From Octopus sinensis (lineage: Eukaryota), in the NCBI RefSeq assembly GCF_006345805.1, contig NC_042999.1:126728001-126792000 (forward strand): a stretch of DNA of 64,000 bases. Reading direction: 5' to 3'. Of the stretch, positions 11,661 to 25,732 are shown piece after piece; the first letter of the stretch is position 1, and the number at the start of each line of letters is the position of its first letter. Made by a program: the position numbers and the translations under genes. The notes beneath the pieces are model-generated. The model saw nothing but the letters and a program-made list of their open reading frames with translations. It was not told the origin of the DNA and did no database searches.

Positions 11661-14600
11661 ATTTATATGACAATGTGAGTATCTGCAGTGTTGGATGTAA
11701 ATGTAGGTGCAAGATGTGGGTGGGGCTGAAGTTTTTGTAAAAAATTATAAATTAGATAATCGTGTTGCTATGGACAGAGTTTTTTCTTGTCTAATTGTAA
11801 TATTTATATTGCTATTGGCTTGTGAATTATACTTTAAGAAAATTTTGCTTAAAAGTAATAAACTTTGTCCATTTATCTTGAATATTCATTCAAAGCATTT
11901 TGAATATATTTAGTCTCATTCTGTCTTGTTGGAAAATGTATGCTGACAATTTTGTCTATTGCTAAAATCTTCATCAGTTTTGATGTAATCAACATCATAT
12001 AAGATGTAAGTAGGTGATATATTGTATTAGAAGAAGATAATATTGACATTCCACACCTAAATTTATTATGCATACAATGGAGATATACCGGTCTGTTCAT
12101 GTCAACCATAAAATGCTTTGTGTGAAATCGTTTGCTGTATTTTCCCTTTCATGGTAAGGTACATTAGCAGAGTTGGTGTGTTTTGTATTGTGTATGCTCT
12201 GCTTAGCATTCATGAGTCACTGAATCAACATCAGCATTAGTATTGTTTGCCATCATATATTATAATATTGACTTAAGAGGGATGGTTATTGTGAAAATAG
12301 ATTATATAGTATATTGTTGAGGATTTTTTCATGGGTTTAAATGTTGATGAAAAAGATGTAAAGACAAACTGAGAAAAAGAATGCTTTCAATAATAAATGC
12401 ATAATTCAAAATTTGCTTTGTTTATTTTTGTAAGTAAACAAGTGTATGAAATCTAAGACAGTGCAATTGCCAGAGAGAGTCAAGAGATATGTTAATAACA
12501 TAGGTCTCAAGAGAGCCAAATTCCAGGGTTTATAAAGGCTTGATAAAAGATTCAAGGCACAGAAATTAAAATTTGCTTTTTTTTTTGTCTGTCATTGCCT
12601 GACTAAATCCCATCAAAAGCAGATTGAATTGGAAAAATGTCAGTCGATGTTTTTATAAAGTTCAAGGGGATAGTGAAGCAAGTGCTGGTCAGCATTACCA
12701 AATATGGTAGTGCTAATTGCAAGTGGGTTTTACTTTAAACCTGAATATTCTAAGTTTATATACGAGGAGGCTATATGCTACAAGATTATAGTTATAAATT
12801 ACATATTGTAGTATAAAGAAATGAAAACTATACTTCTGAATTATCAAGAGAGGAAACCACAAACTTTACTATCAATAATGTACACATTGTACCACAGAAT
12901 ATAAAGGAGAAGCCAGATTGCATAATAATGTATAAAGCAGAGGTCAAACAATTTTCAAGTGGAATCATATCAATTCATGTTAAATCAAATTCATAGAACT
13001 TTCATTGATAAATCTAGGTTCAAAGATAAACAAATTTTTACACCAAAATGAAATGAAAATTAAACTCATTGAAATGAATTTATAATAATCATAAAACATA
13101 ATACTGCACTGATTCTGTCATTCTCTGCTCATATATATATACATCATCTCATCATTATTTCACTGTCCACTTTTCCATTTAGCCAGATGCTCTTCTTTTT
13201 GCCAACCAATACCTGTTTCCAAACAAAATAATATTTCCACATGGCCAGACATGTTCCTGCAGACTATTGAAAATGAATGACAGTGACAATCATTTACAAC
13301 TCACATAATGACAAGACAAAGCAATACAAATACACATACACCAAATGAGCTTCTTTCAGTTTCTACCTACTAAATCCACTCACGAGTCTTTGGTAATCCT
13401 GGGGTCTATAGTAAAAAGTACTTGCCTCAGGTGTCATGTAGTGGGACAGAACCCAGAACTATGTAGTTGAAAGCTCACTTATATATATATATATATGAAT
13501 CTAGGATATTGGAAAAGTAAAAAAAAAGTATGAATTTTACAAAAAATATCATAAGTTTATTTATGCAAGTGAATCTATCGTTCCATTTATCTCGTTTGCT
13601 CACTCTTTCCTAATACCCCATCAAGCTCTTGCAGAATTACAGGATTTCACAGAACAGCCGGTTGGAAATAAAAGAATGTTCAAAAGAACAATAACAAAAG
13701 TGAATTATATGTAATTTTTCCTTTTTATATCTTATACAAAAAAAAACAAAAACAAAAAAAAACATCCCCACCAAAAAACAATCAAACCTCTTCTGATCTT
13801 GTTGGTAGTAAGATACAATAATAGTTATTATACAGGTGTGGTTTATGAACACAAATTTGAAATATGATGGAATTTAACATGGAATATAATAAGTCTTAAT
13901 TTACAAGATCAGTCAAAGGTTTATATAAATGTGTTTGTGAAAATGTAGATATTATCATATGCTGGGTTGGTCATTGTAGCTAGGGAAAAGGTAATAAGTA
14001 AGAGATAGAGCTAAGAGGTTATGTTTTTAGACAAGAATAATCTAGCAATGAAATTTATGTGTTTCCATATATCTATTTTCTCAAACATTTATATTTAACA
14101 TATGTACTAATGAAATAATTATATTGAAAAATATATTTTCTAGCATGTTCGTGATATTTAAAACTTTACAATGCATGAGCTAGGAATAATATTTCAGTTA
14201 ATACTGTTATATGATATAGCTACATAGTTATTATAAACAGAATTAGATAGGCAATTATATGGAAAGATATTTGCATGTATATAGATATGTATGTATATTT
14301 GCATTACAGCACAAAGTTGATTACCCTTCACTGAACAAGGTATTCAAAGTATGTTACTTAAAAACATGTAGAAGAAAATGAGAGCATATTTTGTGGAACA
14401 AAGAGAGTGTTCCATGTAACATCTAAAATGGTTCAGCCTGGAAGTTCAATACTCCAGCTTTTTATAACCCCAGGCAAAGCTTCTAGAACCCTTCAAAATA
14501 TAATTTAGCAGGAAGTGAACACAGCTTTCTTTAATATCACCACCATTAATTGCTACAAGCTAGCTGATGCTTGTAGCAATTAACTGTTAATAAGAGCAAG

Positions 14601-16450
14601 TGTGTTATTATCACTCTATTACATGCTTTCCTGATGGCATCTCTCTTGTACACTGTCTTACTATTCTGAATCCCTCTGATCCCACTGTAGAACATGTACA
14701 GACTTCTTTCTTTCTGCTTTTTCTGTTGCTAACTACACTTGGAATCTATCTAATTTCTAATCAATGTTCTAGTTTCATAATAGAAATGAAGTTTCTGCTT
14801 GTAATTTAGGGGAAAGCTGTTGTTGCTGTTCTTTAGCTCTGTTTGAACAGAGCTATGGTAAACAACATTCCAGCCATGACAATCCTACCTTTTCGTACTT
14901 CTAGAACTACACTATTCAATGAAACTTCACACTGTTATTTATTCTGTTACAAATCATAGCCAAATCTCCTTGGAGTGTCATTAACAAAAGTTTAATAATA
15001 AAAGATACTGATTGAGAATAAATTTCACATAATAATAGTAAGCTTTGAGTTTAGGATATTAATTTTCATTTCATCATAACAACCAACTGACGAAAATGAA
15101 AGTGATGCCCAAAACTGAAGGATGATTCACTACAGTATTTACTTTGGTAATTATTTTTGGACTATTGGTTTAATTCATTTCTTACTTAATGTTATTGACC
15201 CTGTAGTATTGACTGTCTGATATATGTTGTGAGTATTTGCTGAACTGCAGACTGAGTTTCACAACAGACTTTTAAGTGTATCACTTAACCTCTGATTGAC
15301 TTATTGACTTCCTGCATGACAAAAAGTGATATAGCAGGTGAGGCTATATGGATCAGTTAAACTTATGGCAGTGATTACTCAATACATTTGTTTAAATAAG
15401 TTATTAACACATGATTGATGGCAAACTCTGTACTTCAGTTATGCACTTTGTTACAATGATAAAAATAATAGTTTTGAATAAACAGAAGTGATTGAGCATT
15501 TTGTTTCCTGAATTGGTTGAATAGTTGTAATGTTTCCAGTTTCCACCAATGAATGACTGAAATAGTGACAAAATAAATAACTGATAGGTTATTTTCAAGA
15601 AATCATTTGAAAGAATTTGTGTCAATTATAAGAGTGATGAAATGATGTAACTGCAATTTATGTATGACCAACAAACCTAGAAAAGCGAAACTTTTTTTTT
15701 ACATCACATGATCTTACCTGCTGTTATGAAAATGCAAGAAAGTACCCACATGTAACTTAATTAGTTTTTAATCAAAAGTGTTTATACATTTCACATTTTG
15801 TCATGTCTTCATTATGTAGAACAATTATCTTAACTTTAGTTTTACAGTTTTGATTATTAAAAATATTTTGAAATAAATTATAAACTATATACTGGGTGCA
15901 AAGCCACAGAGATATCCTTTTCTCTATGCAGAGACTTTAGGTGTTATCATATATTGTGCTCAAAGGAAGATACAGCACTGTAAGGAAACATATTTGTTAG
16001 TTCACTGTAAGAAAACTGGGAAATCTGAACTTTTGAGGACTAAGCACTGTTATTAGGATACAAGCCATTGACTTTCTACATGCAAGCCAACATCCTTACA
16101 ATTCAGTTTATCTTTTATGGTGAGAATACTTTAGGTTAATTAGTTGATATATAATATTGCTTAGATTTATAATTTTAGTGCAGGCCTATTAATGTAATAA
16201 CTATTAATAGATTGTTAGAAAATTTAATTCAATAGATTAAGAACTATTACATAACCAGATGGCAAAACTGCAATGTATTTGTTGCGAGTTCACTGCAGAG
16301 CTGAGTTAGGAGATGCATATTTGGTTCTTGGTTGAATAATTTTCATTTACTCTTTGCACATGTGAGAACTAAACTTTCAATGGTATCTGGAGAAACATTA
16401 AACAATACGGGTATTTTCATTTTGTGCAAATCAGAAAACTGTTGTAACTA

Positions 16451-16602
16451 CCATATTTACTTGTGTAACTGAAAAAGCTATGGGGCAACTTATAAACGGG
16501 GCAGAGCTAAAATTATGAAGGCAAACATTTTGTACCAAGATTTAATGCTAAATTAGGAGTGTGTCTTATAAATGATAATGGCTTATACATGAGTAAATAC
16601 GG
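16451..16602. mobile_element. pogo/Tigger-like MITE
   Basis: Imperfect TIRs CCATATTTACTTGTGTAA and TTATACATGAGTAAATACGG, flanked by TA on both sides. Confidence 0.65.
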
Positions 16603-17724
16603 TATATGTAGGCAGTAGTAGGTCTCAAAATTCTTTTTGCTTGCTGAAACACCACTGAAGATCTAGCCTCCATCAAATGAGAAGAAATACACAGGAGTTG
16701 TTTCTCTTTGTCTTCTCTAGATTTAGAAGAATATCTTAATCTAGCACATCATGAACATTTAAATTTTAGATTGCTTTTTCCTATGAGACTGAACTGTGTT
16801 ATTCTAATAGTAGTTGCTGAAATTAAAGTGAATTGAAGATTCTTAATCATAGAACCAACTTAGTTGCAGTGCTTTTACAAAGCATAAATGAAATTACTTT
16901 CATGGAATGAATGGTTTTGCTAATCCCATTTATGGGATTGATTTCGACATCATATCAGGGAAGGAATCAACTGTATCTTTTGGACATACTTTTGTCCATC
17001 CAATATGATCATCTTAAGTACCAGTGTAATAATTTTTGTTCCTTTTTAATGAATAAAGAATAAATTGAATCAATGCTCAAGTTCAATTAATCTCACCTGG
17101 TTTGGATAGTCGTCTATTGCAAGTAACTTTCTTTTGGAAAAAATTGTAGATATTCCACAGAATTAGGCTAAATGATGTGATGTAGAATTAAGTGATGAAA
17201 CATCTACGAGGTATTTGAATCATAACTCTTTGCTAACCATCCAATATCTTATCTCATAGAATATGAATGAAAGCTTGTAATAAATAATCTATTTTGTGTA
17301 AACCACAAAGCCATCTCCTCTTCCTTTGTAGAAGTTGGCCTTGTAGTTAACAAGAAAGATATAATCAATAGGAAAAACCTCCAGCACAAGACTAGCCATT
17401 ATATCTTAGTGGGTGACGAAAGGTAATACCTTTCCTTGGCTCAGTTCTCCATTATTTCTGGAAACTTGTTAACTTTCATGTATGAAAAAAAATTACTTGA
17501 CTGGCTACTTCACTTTAACTCAGAAAGAAGAAAGACATAGCTGACCTCAGTGAAATGTAAAATTGAGTCATTTTAAATATTAAATACTACATTATCCAAT
17601 GTATCCTTCTATTTAGGACAGATGGGTGTGTGATAAGATGGAGATTGGAGTGCTATCACCAGGAAACTGATTGATTTCAGTACAGACTAGTATTCTACTT
17701 TTATTGGAATATAACATGTATAAC

Positions 17725-17950
17725 ATGGCCGATGCCAGACTCCCCTGGCACCTGTGCCAGTGGCACGTAAAAAGCACCCACTACACTCGCGGAGTGGTTG
17801 GCGTTAGGAAGGGCATCCAGCTGTAGAAACACTGCCAGATCAGACTGGAGCCTGGTGCAGCCCCTGGCTTCCCAGACCCCGGTCGAACCGTCCAACCCGT
17901 GCTAGCGCGGAAAACGAACGTTAAACGATGATGATGATGATGATAATGAT
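17725..17950 (+). mobile_element. Family B repeat (RTE-tailed SINE-like or truncated RTE 3' end)
   Basis: Ends ...CCGTCCAACCCGTGCTAGCGCGGAAAACGAACGTTAAAC(GAT)n. Other copies: 3195-3330(-), 10905-11122(-), 20871-21218(-), 30481-30822(-), 36085-36279(+), 40030-40255(+), 42260-42428(-), 54626-54848(-). Confidence 0.9.
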
Positions 17951-17964
17951 GTATATGATATATG

Positions 17965-18560
17965 GGGGACTGACACAGGCCTCCATGGTTTGTCTTGGCA
18001 TCTAAATGCTGGTCGACTCCATAAGCCTTCATGGTTTGTCTTGGTATCTATGTACTAGTTGATTCACTTGTCACATCAAGCTAAACTTAATCATTAAGCA
18101 GGCTCTGGCTTGGTGGGATTATCCAGAAGTGATGGAAAGAGACCAGATGGTGCCTCATCTGGGACACCACAGTCTATGACTCCTTTGCTTCCTCCCGCAT
18201 CCTGGATGATGTGGTAAATGGGTTACTGCTTCCATAGTTGAACAAAACAAAATCAATAAGTATCAGGACCTGTCAGTGAATCATTTCCCTCAACCTATGG
18301 TTTTTGAGATGTTTGGAGAGGCTGGGGCAAAGTTCTTGTCATCATTGGCGTCTTGCCTTACTGAGACTAAGGTGTCTGGTGATGCTAATGAGGGTGTTTG
18401 TCTGTTCCAATGTCTTAGCCTCGCTATTGCCTGCGTGTTGGCTTGCTTTAGTATATTCTGTCGAACTTTGTGGTGTGTGACCAATTGAGGCACTTGGTGT
18501 TGAGGAGATTATTTTTCGTTTTTTTTTCTTTTCTTTCTTTGTTCCTTTTTTTCCCCTGGT
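17965..18560 (+). mobile_element. CRE-clade non-LTR retrotransposon 3' remnant (restriction-like endonuclease)
   Basis: Frameshifted translation: TGLHGLSWHLNAGR / LNLIIKQALA / GLSRSDGKRPDG / IWDTTVYDSFA / NKINKYQDL...QPMVFEMFGEAG...LFQCLSLAI. This matches the zinc-knuckle tail and RPDG-WD-KY-PxxxExxG endonuclease pattern of CRE elements. Confidence 0.8.
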
Positions 18561-19299
18561 TTTGGATTTGTATTTTTAATGTGGTTTTATATTTACATAT
18601 GTATAGACTGTTATTTCGGAAATATTGGGCATAAGGAATTAAATTTGCTTAGGGGGTGCAAACTCAGGTTCAATATTTTTTTACAAACAAGCTTGATTTT
18701 TTTCAATCTTAATATCAAAACAAAGACAGGTATAATAATAATAACAGGTAGTGATCCACTATCCACATAATTCCTACCAGGAATGACTGAACCTGAGTTA
18801 AACCAAAATAATAATAATAATAATCATATTTGTACATCAATCAAATTAGATAAATGCAATAAGGGAAGGCTAATTTTTTCAAATTAGTCCAAAAATGTTT
18901 CTGCGTTCGCCTGTTTTGGCAATAAAGTTTTCAAGAGGATGTTCAAAGCGTTTTCATTGCCTCTCCAAAATTTTAGGGAGTGTACTTGCTCTCCTTGTTC
19001 CCAAGGCTATATGGTATTGGGGAAGTATATCTAGTTATTAATGGCATCTCTTTCTCCCTTTTTACGAAATAGTGGGGAGAAGAATCTATAATTTGCAATA
19101 GGAAGCAACATGCCCTTCTTTACCAAACGGAATAAATAAATATGCAGTAAAATAGTTAAATGTATTTTGCTGTTGTCTGAAAAACATCTACTTTTCTCAA
19201 AGTGTCAACTGGATATTTCTTAACCTTAAAGTTGTTTTTAATCCAGGACTAAAAAGTCACAGGAAAATGATACTGTACAAACATATTAAAGCTTATTAG

Positions 19300-20540
19300 A
19301 AGAAACAAAACAAATTAGCGGGAATGTTCATTGAATAAACAGGTTGTACCGAGTATAGCCCTGCTCTATTTGTCCGTCAACAAGTCATCAGAAATATCAT
19401 TTGTTTAAAATTACGTTAATCATTATTTATAGTTTATGAATGAAATGTGACATTTTTTTCTCTGACTTTTTTCCCTGTAAAATTATATTTCCGTTCAATA
19501 GGTCAGCCTTGAAATAAAACCAATGACCAAAGACCCGTCATTTCGTGACCGTTTAGTTTTGTACAGAATTATAATATTCAAAGTTGTTATTCTTTTTTCT
19601 TCCCTTTCTTTCCCATCCCATAAGATTACAGGATGTAATTTGAAGGAGATTTGGTTACGTAGATGTGCATAGAGATAGATGTTGTTTTGTGGGCTCGTCG
19701 ATATGCTAGCGTGCGTGTATGCGAGTCTTCGTCTTTGACGTCATTGCTTAATCTACTCGTAAATTATTTTATCGACACAAGTAGTGTGGATCAAATCACC
19801 GCAATCTAAATATAATTAAAAACACAATTTGAGAACTTTAATGGGTGTCTACGTCAGCAAAATTCTGTTTAAAAAGTCCACAAATAAGTTTTATACACCA
19901 AGGACCTCTAACGTTAAATATAAAAACATATAAGCGTCTCTCCCTCAACGGCTGAAAAAATTATTTATATTCGGAAAACTTTAAATACAAATTTGAATAT
20001 AATATATCTTATAGTTTCCATTCAAATTTTTTTTCTAAACCCAACTCAACTCCTTTTGATAATATAAAAAAAAAACGTCAATAAAAAAAACGTAACAACC
20101 AGCGGTGAAAAAAATCAAGGGACACAACTTTCTGTTTGCAGCGCCAATCATTAGGACGCGATCAGCACATTTCAAACTGTATTTGATGTCGCTGTTTATC
20201 CGAATATGTTCATGACACCAAGTTCAGGCACCACGGCAGTTAACTCTCTCCCTCTTGCTATATATTTCGTATTTATTATATACAACGAGGGAACCGCTAC
20301 GTGGTTGTTTGACCTATTTGAAATAGCTTCCGATTCCTCTCTTTCGTTTTCTTTTTTACCACATCATACCGTCTTATTGGGAAAGGAAGGGACACGTTAG
20401 ATAATGAATGTGGTCCCCGATGTATACGGTCTTAAAAAGAAAAAATTCTCAAAAAACTAACCACAACCGGACTGGACGGTCACAGCTAGAATGGCTTTAA
20501 TCGTAGGCTTGCTCAATCAGGACTGAACTACAATATATGT
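19300..20540. promoter_or_regulatory. CpG-enriched unique region, candidate promoter
   Basis: Highest CpG density of non-repeat DNA in the window (by eye); palindromic CRE site TGACGTCA at 19736-19743; CCAAT box in GCGCCAATCA at 20144-20148. Direction and gene unknown. Confidence 0.4.
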
Positions 20541-20723
20541 AGCGAGAGGAATGTGTGTGTGTGTGTGTGTGCGTGTGTTTGTGTGCGTGTGTGTGTGTGT
20601 GTACATGCAGAGAGAGAGAGAGAGAGACAGATACCTTTGCTTTTAATGCCTTGTTCCGGATGAAAGGACTGTTCCTTTGGCACTCGCAGATCCTGAACTA
20701 TATATATTGTGTGTGTACCTGTA

Positions 20724-20781
<58 letters not shown>

Positions 20782-21217
20782 CATACATGGATGGGTGGGT
20801 GGCTGGTTGTTTGGCTGGAGGAACTGATGGATGGATATGTTTGTTCACTGAGATGTATATATATATTTATATCATCATCATCATCATCATCGTTTAACGT
20901 CCGTTCTCCATGCTAGCATGGGTTGGACGGTTCGACCGGGGATCTGGGAAGCCAGAAGGCTGCACCAGGCTCCGGTCCTATCTGGCAATGTTTCTACAGC
21001 TGGATGCCCTTCCTAACGCCAACCACTCCGTGAGTGTAGTGGGTGCTTTTTACGTGCCACCTGCACTAGTGCCAGGCGAGGCTGGCATCGGCCACGGTCA
21101 GATTGGTGCATTTTATGTGCCACCTGCACGGAAGCCAGTCGAGGCGGCACTGGCTTTGGCCACGATTCGGATGGTGCTTTTTACGTGCCACTGACATGGA
21201 AGCCAGTCGAGGGGGCG

Positions 21218-22378
21218 CTGTTTACAAGCTTTTTACTTCCATCAATGTAAAACTCTTTTCAAAGCGAAGAACTCTGAAATGTCAGTTTTGACCTCCTCCT
21301 GGCTTGCAAAAGTTATGTCCCCCAAATGATTCTATAAACTAAGAAACAAATGATAGTCTGAAGGAGCAAGGCCAGGAGAATAAGGTGGATGAGGAATTTT
21401 TTCTCAACCAAGCTCTTTGATCTTCTGTGATGTGATCTTTGCAGTGTGGGGTTACGCATTGTCCTGATGAAACATCACTCCTTTTTGATTAACTAAAGCG
21501 GGTCATTTTTCCTTGAAAGCTTGGTTCAAATACTCTAATTGCTGACAGTAGACTTGAGCATTGATTGTTGCATTAGGTAGTAACAATTCAAAGTGAATTA
21601 CTCCTTTGCAATTCCACCAGATAGAGAGAAGAACTTTTTCCCTATGAAGTTCCCGTCTCGGTTGTGATTGAGCTTTTTCCTTTTTACCAAGCCACTGTTT
21701 ATGACATTTAACATTTCAACAGAAGATCCATTTTTCATCACCAGTCACAAGTTTATCCAAAAAGGGTGAAATGAGTTCGTGAGAATGAAGAGAATGGCAG
21801 ATGTCAACTTGGGATTTGCGGTTGCTTTCAGACAATTCATGAGGCATCCATTTTCCAAGTTTAGGAACCTTTACAAGTTGTTCACGATGATGATGAACAG
21901 TTGTATGGTTTGAACTAAGTTTTATTGCCAATTCTTCAACTGATAATGCAGGATTTTCTTCAAGTAATGCCTCAAGGAGCTTATCATCAAACTCAACTGG
22001 ACATCCTGTTCGATCTTCATCTTCAAGGCTGAAATCTCCACTTCTGAATTTTGCAAACCATCTTCTGCAAGTTCTTTCATTCAGGCATTCTTTCCCATAA
22101 ACTGAGTGTATGTTTTGAGTTGCTTCGGCTGCAGAGTTTCCTTTTTTGTACTCATAAAGCATTATGTGCCTCAAATGCTCTTTGGATACTTCCATGTTAG
22201 AAAGGGTTTTAATCAAAGAAATTTTAATTCTATTATTCTGTAAAATAATATTTAATTAGTTTAAATGTACACAAATGCATAAAAATAATTTTTAATTCCA
22301 TTAGACATTCTAAGATACTATTAAATTTCATTCAATTTTAAAAAAGGTAAAATCGGATAGAACTTATGGGAAGACCTG

Positions 22379-22379
<1 letters not shown>
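21218..22379 (-). mobile_element. Mariner (D,D34D-type) transposon, defective transposase, one TIR
   Basis: ORF 22216-21716: HLRHIMLYEYKKG HTH, WMPHEL, LVTGDEKW. It continues in frame through stops: VLLSIWWNCKG, HQDNA, HPPYSPGLAPSDYHLF. TIR TCAGGTCTTCCCATAAGTTCTATCCGATTTT ends at 22379 next to (TA)n; the 3' end is replaced by a family B repeat. Confidence 0.95.
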
Positions 22380-22440
<61 letters not shown>

Positions 22441-23034
22441 TTTTTATACACTTAAATGCACAAACCCATCCATTCATCCATCCTTCCTTTCTGTAGAGTT
22501 GTGATATGCATCCATCCATGAGTGGTGGATAGTGGATTCTAAATATAGAGGCTAGCTGCAAATAAACCAGCTTGATGGTTAATAAGCAGTTGTGGAAGTC
22601 TACTGGCAACATTCAGCCTGGTGCATTGTCCTAACAGTTAGCCCTGACAATGCTTTATGACACAGCAAATATAAATGACCTTCAAATAAGCCTTGCTTTC
22701 ATCTATGGGTAAACACAGGCACAGTCCTCTCTCCTTTCAGTTGTCATGTTTTTGATGTTCCCCTGGGGTCCAGGGTGTGAATGTTGAGTGGGTATCTGTG
22801 TCTACTTGCAACTGCATGGACACCTAAAGCAATAATGAAAGTATGGTGCATAAGAAGCAAAGTTCAATGAAGAAGGTGGTAGGCTTGAGAAGCTGGCAAC
22901 TTCTATTCAGAAATCTGTGTATATCATTGCATATGGAGGAACTGACAACTTGGGTAAGTTCTTGGTGTTGACAACATATCCATGGAAGCATAGTGGGAAG
23001 GAATTGTATAATAGACTTTTCCAACTCTTTAGAG

Positions 23035-23382
23035 CAGTAGTTCTCAAGTGGGGTCTATACGGCCCCTGAGGGTCCATATAAGATTTTTGGGGGTCCACGC
23101 AATAAAATAGGAAATTGTGGATCCACAATAGTATTTTAAGGGCCCCTAAAAAAATTATGCTTTGGATCTGAGTATTGGTACTTATTGCAAGAAATAGCTA
23201 AGTTTCTTTCTCTAACATTTTACATAGTTCAACTTACACAAGTTAATGCGTGTAAAACAAAATAGGAATTTGGAAGAAGTTTCTATAAAACTAATTTTTA
23301 AACATCAACCAGCTATGGGGGTTCAGCAGGATAAAATAATAATCAAAGGAGTCCATAAATAAGAAATGGTTGAGAACCCTTA
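23035..23382. mobile_element. hAT (Charlie-like) MITE
   Basis: Termini CAGTAGTTCTCAA...TTGAGAACCCTTA; 8-bp flanks CTTTAGAG / GTTTAGAG (7/8 match, TSD). Confidence 0.75.
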
Positions 23383-24730
23383 GTTTAGAGAATGTAGATA
23401 ATGCAGTGAGAACAAGGCTAATGCCAGAGTATTCAGCATCCTAGGTTAGACCTACAATGTACGCACCACTTTTCCTAACCCTAAAATGTGTGCTACCGCT
23501 TAGCCCTTCAATAAACATCCCTTTCTCTCTGTCCTACAACAGACATCTTCTCTCAGATTTACAATGTACTTCCTCTTCTACCAATCCTACAATATATGTG
23601 TGCTACTTTCTCCAGTCTCATAATGTACACTCTCTTCTTGCAGACTGATAACATGTTTCTTCCAAATTTACCATGTGTAGCCCTATCTTCCAGGCCTACA
23701 ATGTATGCCCTTCCTCCCAGATCTACAATATATGCCCTCTTTCAACAATTTTTTTCAACAAATTTCTTCAGTCATCACTCTTTTTTTACACAAGCTGAAA
23801 AATGCAGATGAAAAATTATAATTCACATACCTATAAGAAATGTTTAGAACTTTTATAATGCATATCACTAAATAAATTTGCTATCTAACAAAATTTTGAA
23901 TGTTTCATACCAATTTCTGTAGCTAATCCCTCATCTTTAGTCCTGAATAAGATCCTGCAACAGTTCAAAGATGTTCAGATAGTTGCTATTAACAAGTGGA
24001 AGTTTTTATCTTCTCTCAATTACAAGGAAAGTTCTAGTAAAAATACTGCTCAGTCAATTACAAAAGTTATCTGAGAGTATATTTCTTGAAAGCCAGTGTG
24101 AATTTTGATTGTCTAGTAGCATCAATGGACATATTTCACAATGGTAAAAAAGAAAAAAAAAAGAACACAACATGCTGCCCAGTCCAGGAATCAAAACCAC
24201 AATCTTACAACTATGAGTCCAACACTCTAATCACTAAGCTACACACTCCATTTATTTCACAGTGTGACAAATTAGAAAAAAAGTTATCAACTAGCAAGTC
24301 TAAATTGTCATCATATTCATCAACATTACAATTTTATGGAGAACTAAGTGTATTAGAGGGGGGATTGGGGAAGTATTCAGATAGAGAATAGTGAAAAGAG
24401 AAAATAAATTTCAAGGGTTAGGGGTTAATAAAATCATTCCATTTTTAATCTCCTTTCTTTCAACACCTCAAATGTAAGATTTCTTCCCTGAAGATGGAGG
24501 CTCATATCATCCAATGATAGAATCAATTTACAATCATTATTTTGGACCACCAAGCACCCAGAAACAGCTGTTGGATTTGCTATACTCTGCATGAATCCCT
24601 TTAATCCTTGATATCATTTCTATTCTGTATAAGTCAGAACTTTTTCTATGCAAATATATATACTTGTATTCAATATTCTTTGTATATTGACATCGACTTG
24701 CCTAACTTGCTTATCCTTACATTTACTTAT

Positions 24731-24745
24731 ACACACACACACACA

Positions 24746-24827
<82 letters not shown>
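24731..24827. repeat. (CA)n microsatellite
   Basis: Near-perfect CA run. Other long SSRs: (TATG)n ~25705-25785, (TTTC)n ~33202-33260 and 61588-61680, (GAT)n 36207-36279, (TACA)n ~44200-44248 and 44362-44460, (TG)n ~50419-50475, (AAC)n(AAT)n ~62039-62121. Confidence 0.95.
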
Positions 24828-24828
<1 letters not shown>

Positions 24829-25696
24829 GGGGTTTCTTCCGGTTTCTACATACCAAATCCACTTTCAGTACTTTGGTCAGCCCAAGATTTTGTAGAAACA
24901 CTTGTCCAAGGTACCTCACAGTGGGACCAAACCCGAAACTCCATGTGATTAGGGAGCAAACTTTTTATTCTCACAGCCACACCTGTGCTGATAACTAATT
25001 GCATAAGTAATCAATGTCTCAATCATCTGAACTCAAATCACATTCAAATAGAATTTTACTTTCATATCTCTAGGGTACATAAATGCAAGAATGAGCTCCT
25101 TGATAATATCGATTACATATCAGCCTACCACTATAAATGTGTGACCTGACCTTGTGCCAATGAAAGAAATCAATATTAACTAATAACATTGAAATTATAC
25201 ATAGCAATAGTTAATTAAGTTACTCTTCTATTTCAAATCTATAAGGAATGATTGTACAAAAAAATAAGATATTTATAATTTAATGTGTACAGTAATGAAT
25301 TATTTCTTCTTTGAAGAAATTAGATGTAGGGGAAATGAGATGAGATAATATGTATGTGTGCACGTACATATGTATGTATGTATGTATTTAGGTATGCATA
25401 TGTATGTGTGCATTCATGTGTGTGTGTATTATGTTTACACACAGACACATGCACACACATACACACACACACATTTAATATAATAAAATAACATATTTAG
25501 ATGATTTTCATATATATCTAAAGTTATGTCACCCTGCTCCTGGCTATTCCTTCTCATCATGATCATGATCATCATTGTCATTATAATCATCATCATAACT
25601 ATATATATACATATATATATATATATAATTATAATATGATTATGATGTAATTATAATATAATGATATGTATATATTTATTATTATATATTTGTGTA

Positions 25697-25732
<36 letters not shown>

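Noticed and set aside
11067-11740. Long YIYIYI ORFs (up to 154 aa) and similar HTHT/VCVC/YLSI ORFs elsewhere
   Set aside because: They are translations of (TA)n, (CA)n, (TACA)n and (ATCT)n microsatellites, which lack stops in some frames.
11690-12250. Penelope RT remnant suggested by composition
   Set aside because: No RT or GIY-YIG motif could be read in any frame.
15713-15745. Minus-strand polypyrimidine-CAG-CAG|GTAAG (recursive splice site or 3-nt microexon)
   Set aside because: A few YAG|GTAAG matches are expected by chance in 128 kb of both strands, and no host intron is established.
20990-21218. CRISPR-like regularly spaced repeats (also 30600-30820)
   Set aside because: They are ~55-bp tandem subunits inside family B repeats, with no unique spacers and no cas genes, in eukaryotic DNA.
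24486-24585. CTGAAGA plus TGGA/TCCA stem, and a separate GAAACAGCTGTT palindrome
   Set aside because: The two half-cores are ~60 nt apart and do not assemble into a hammerhead.
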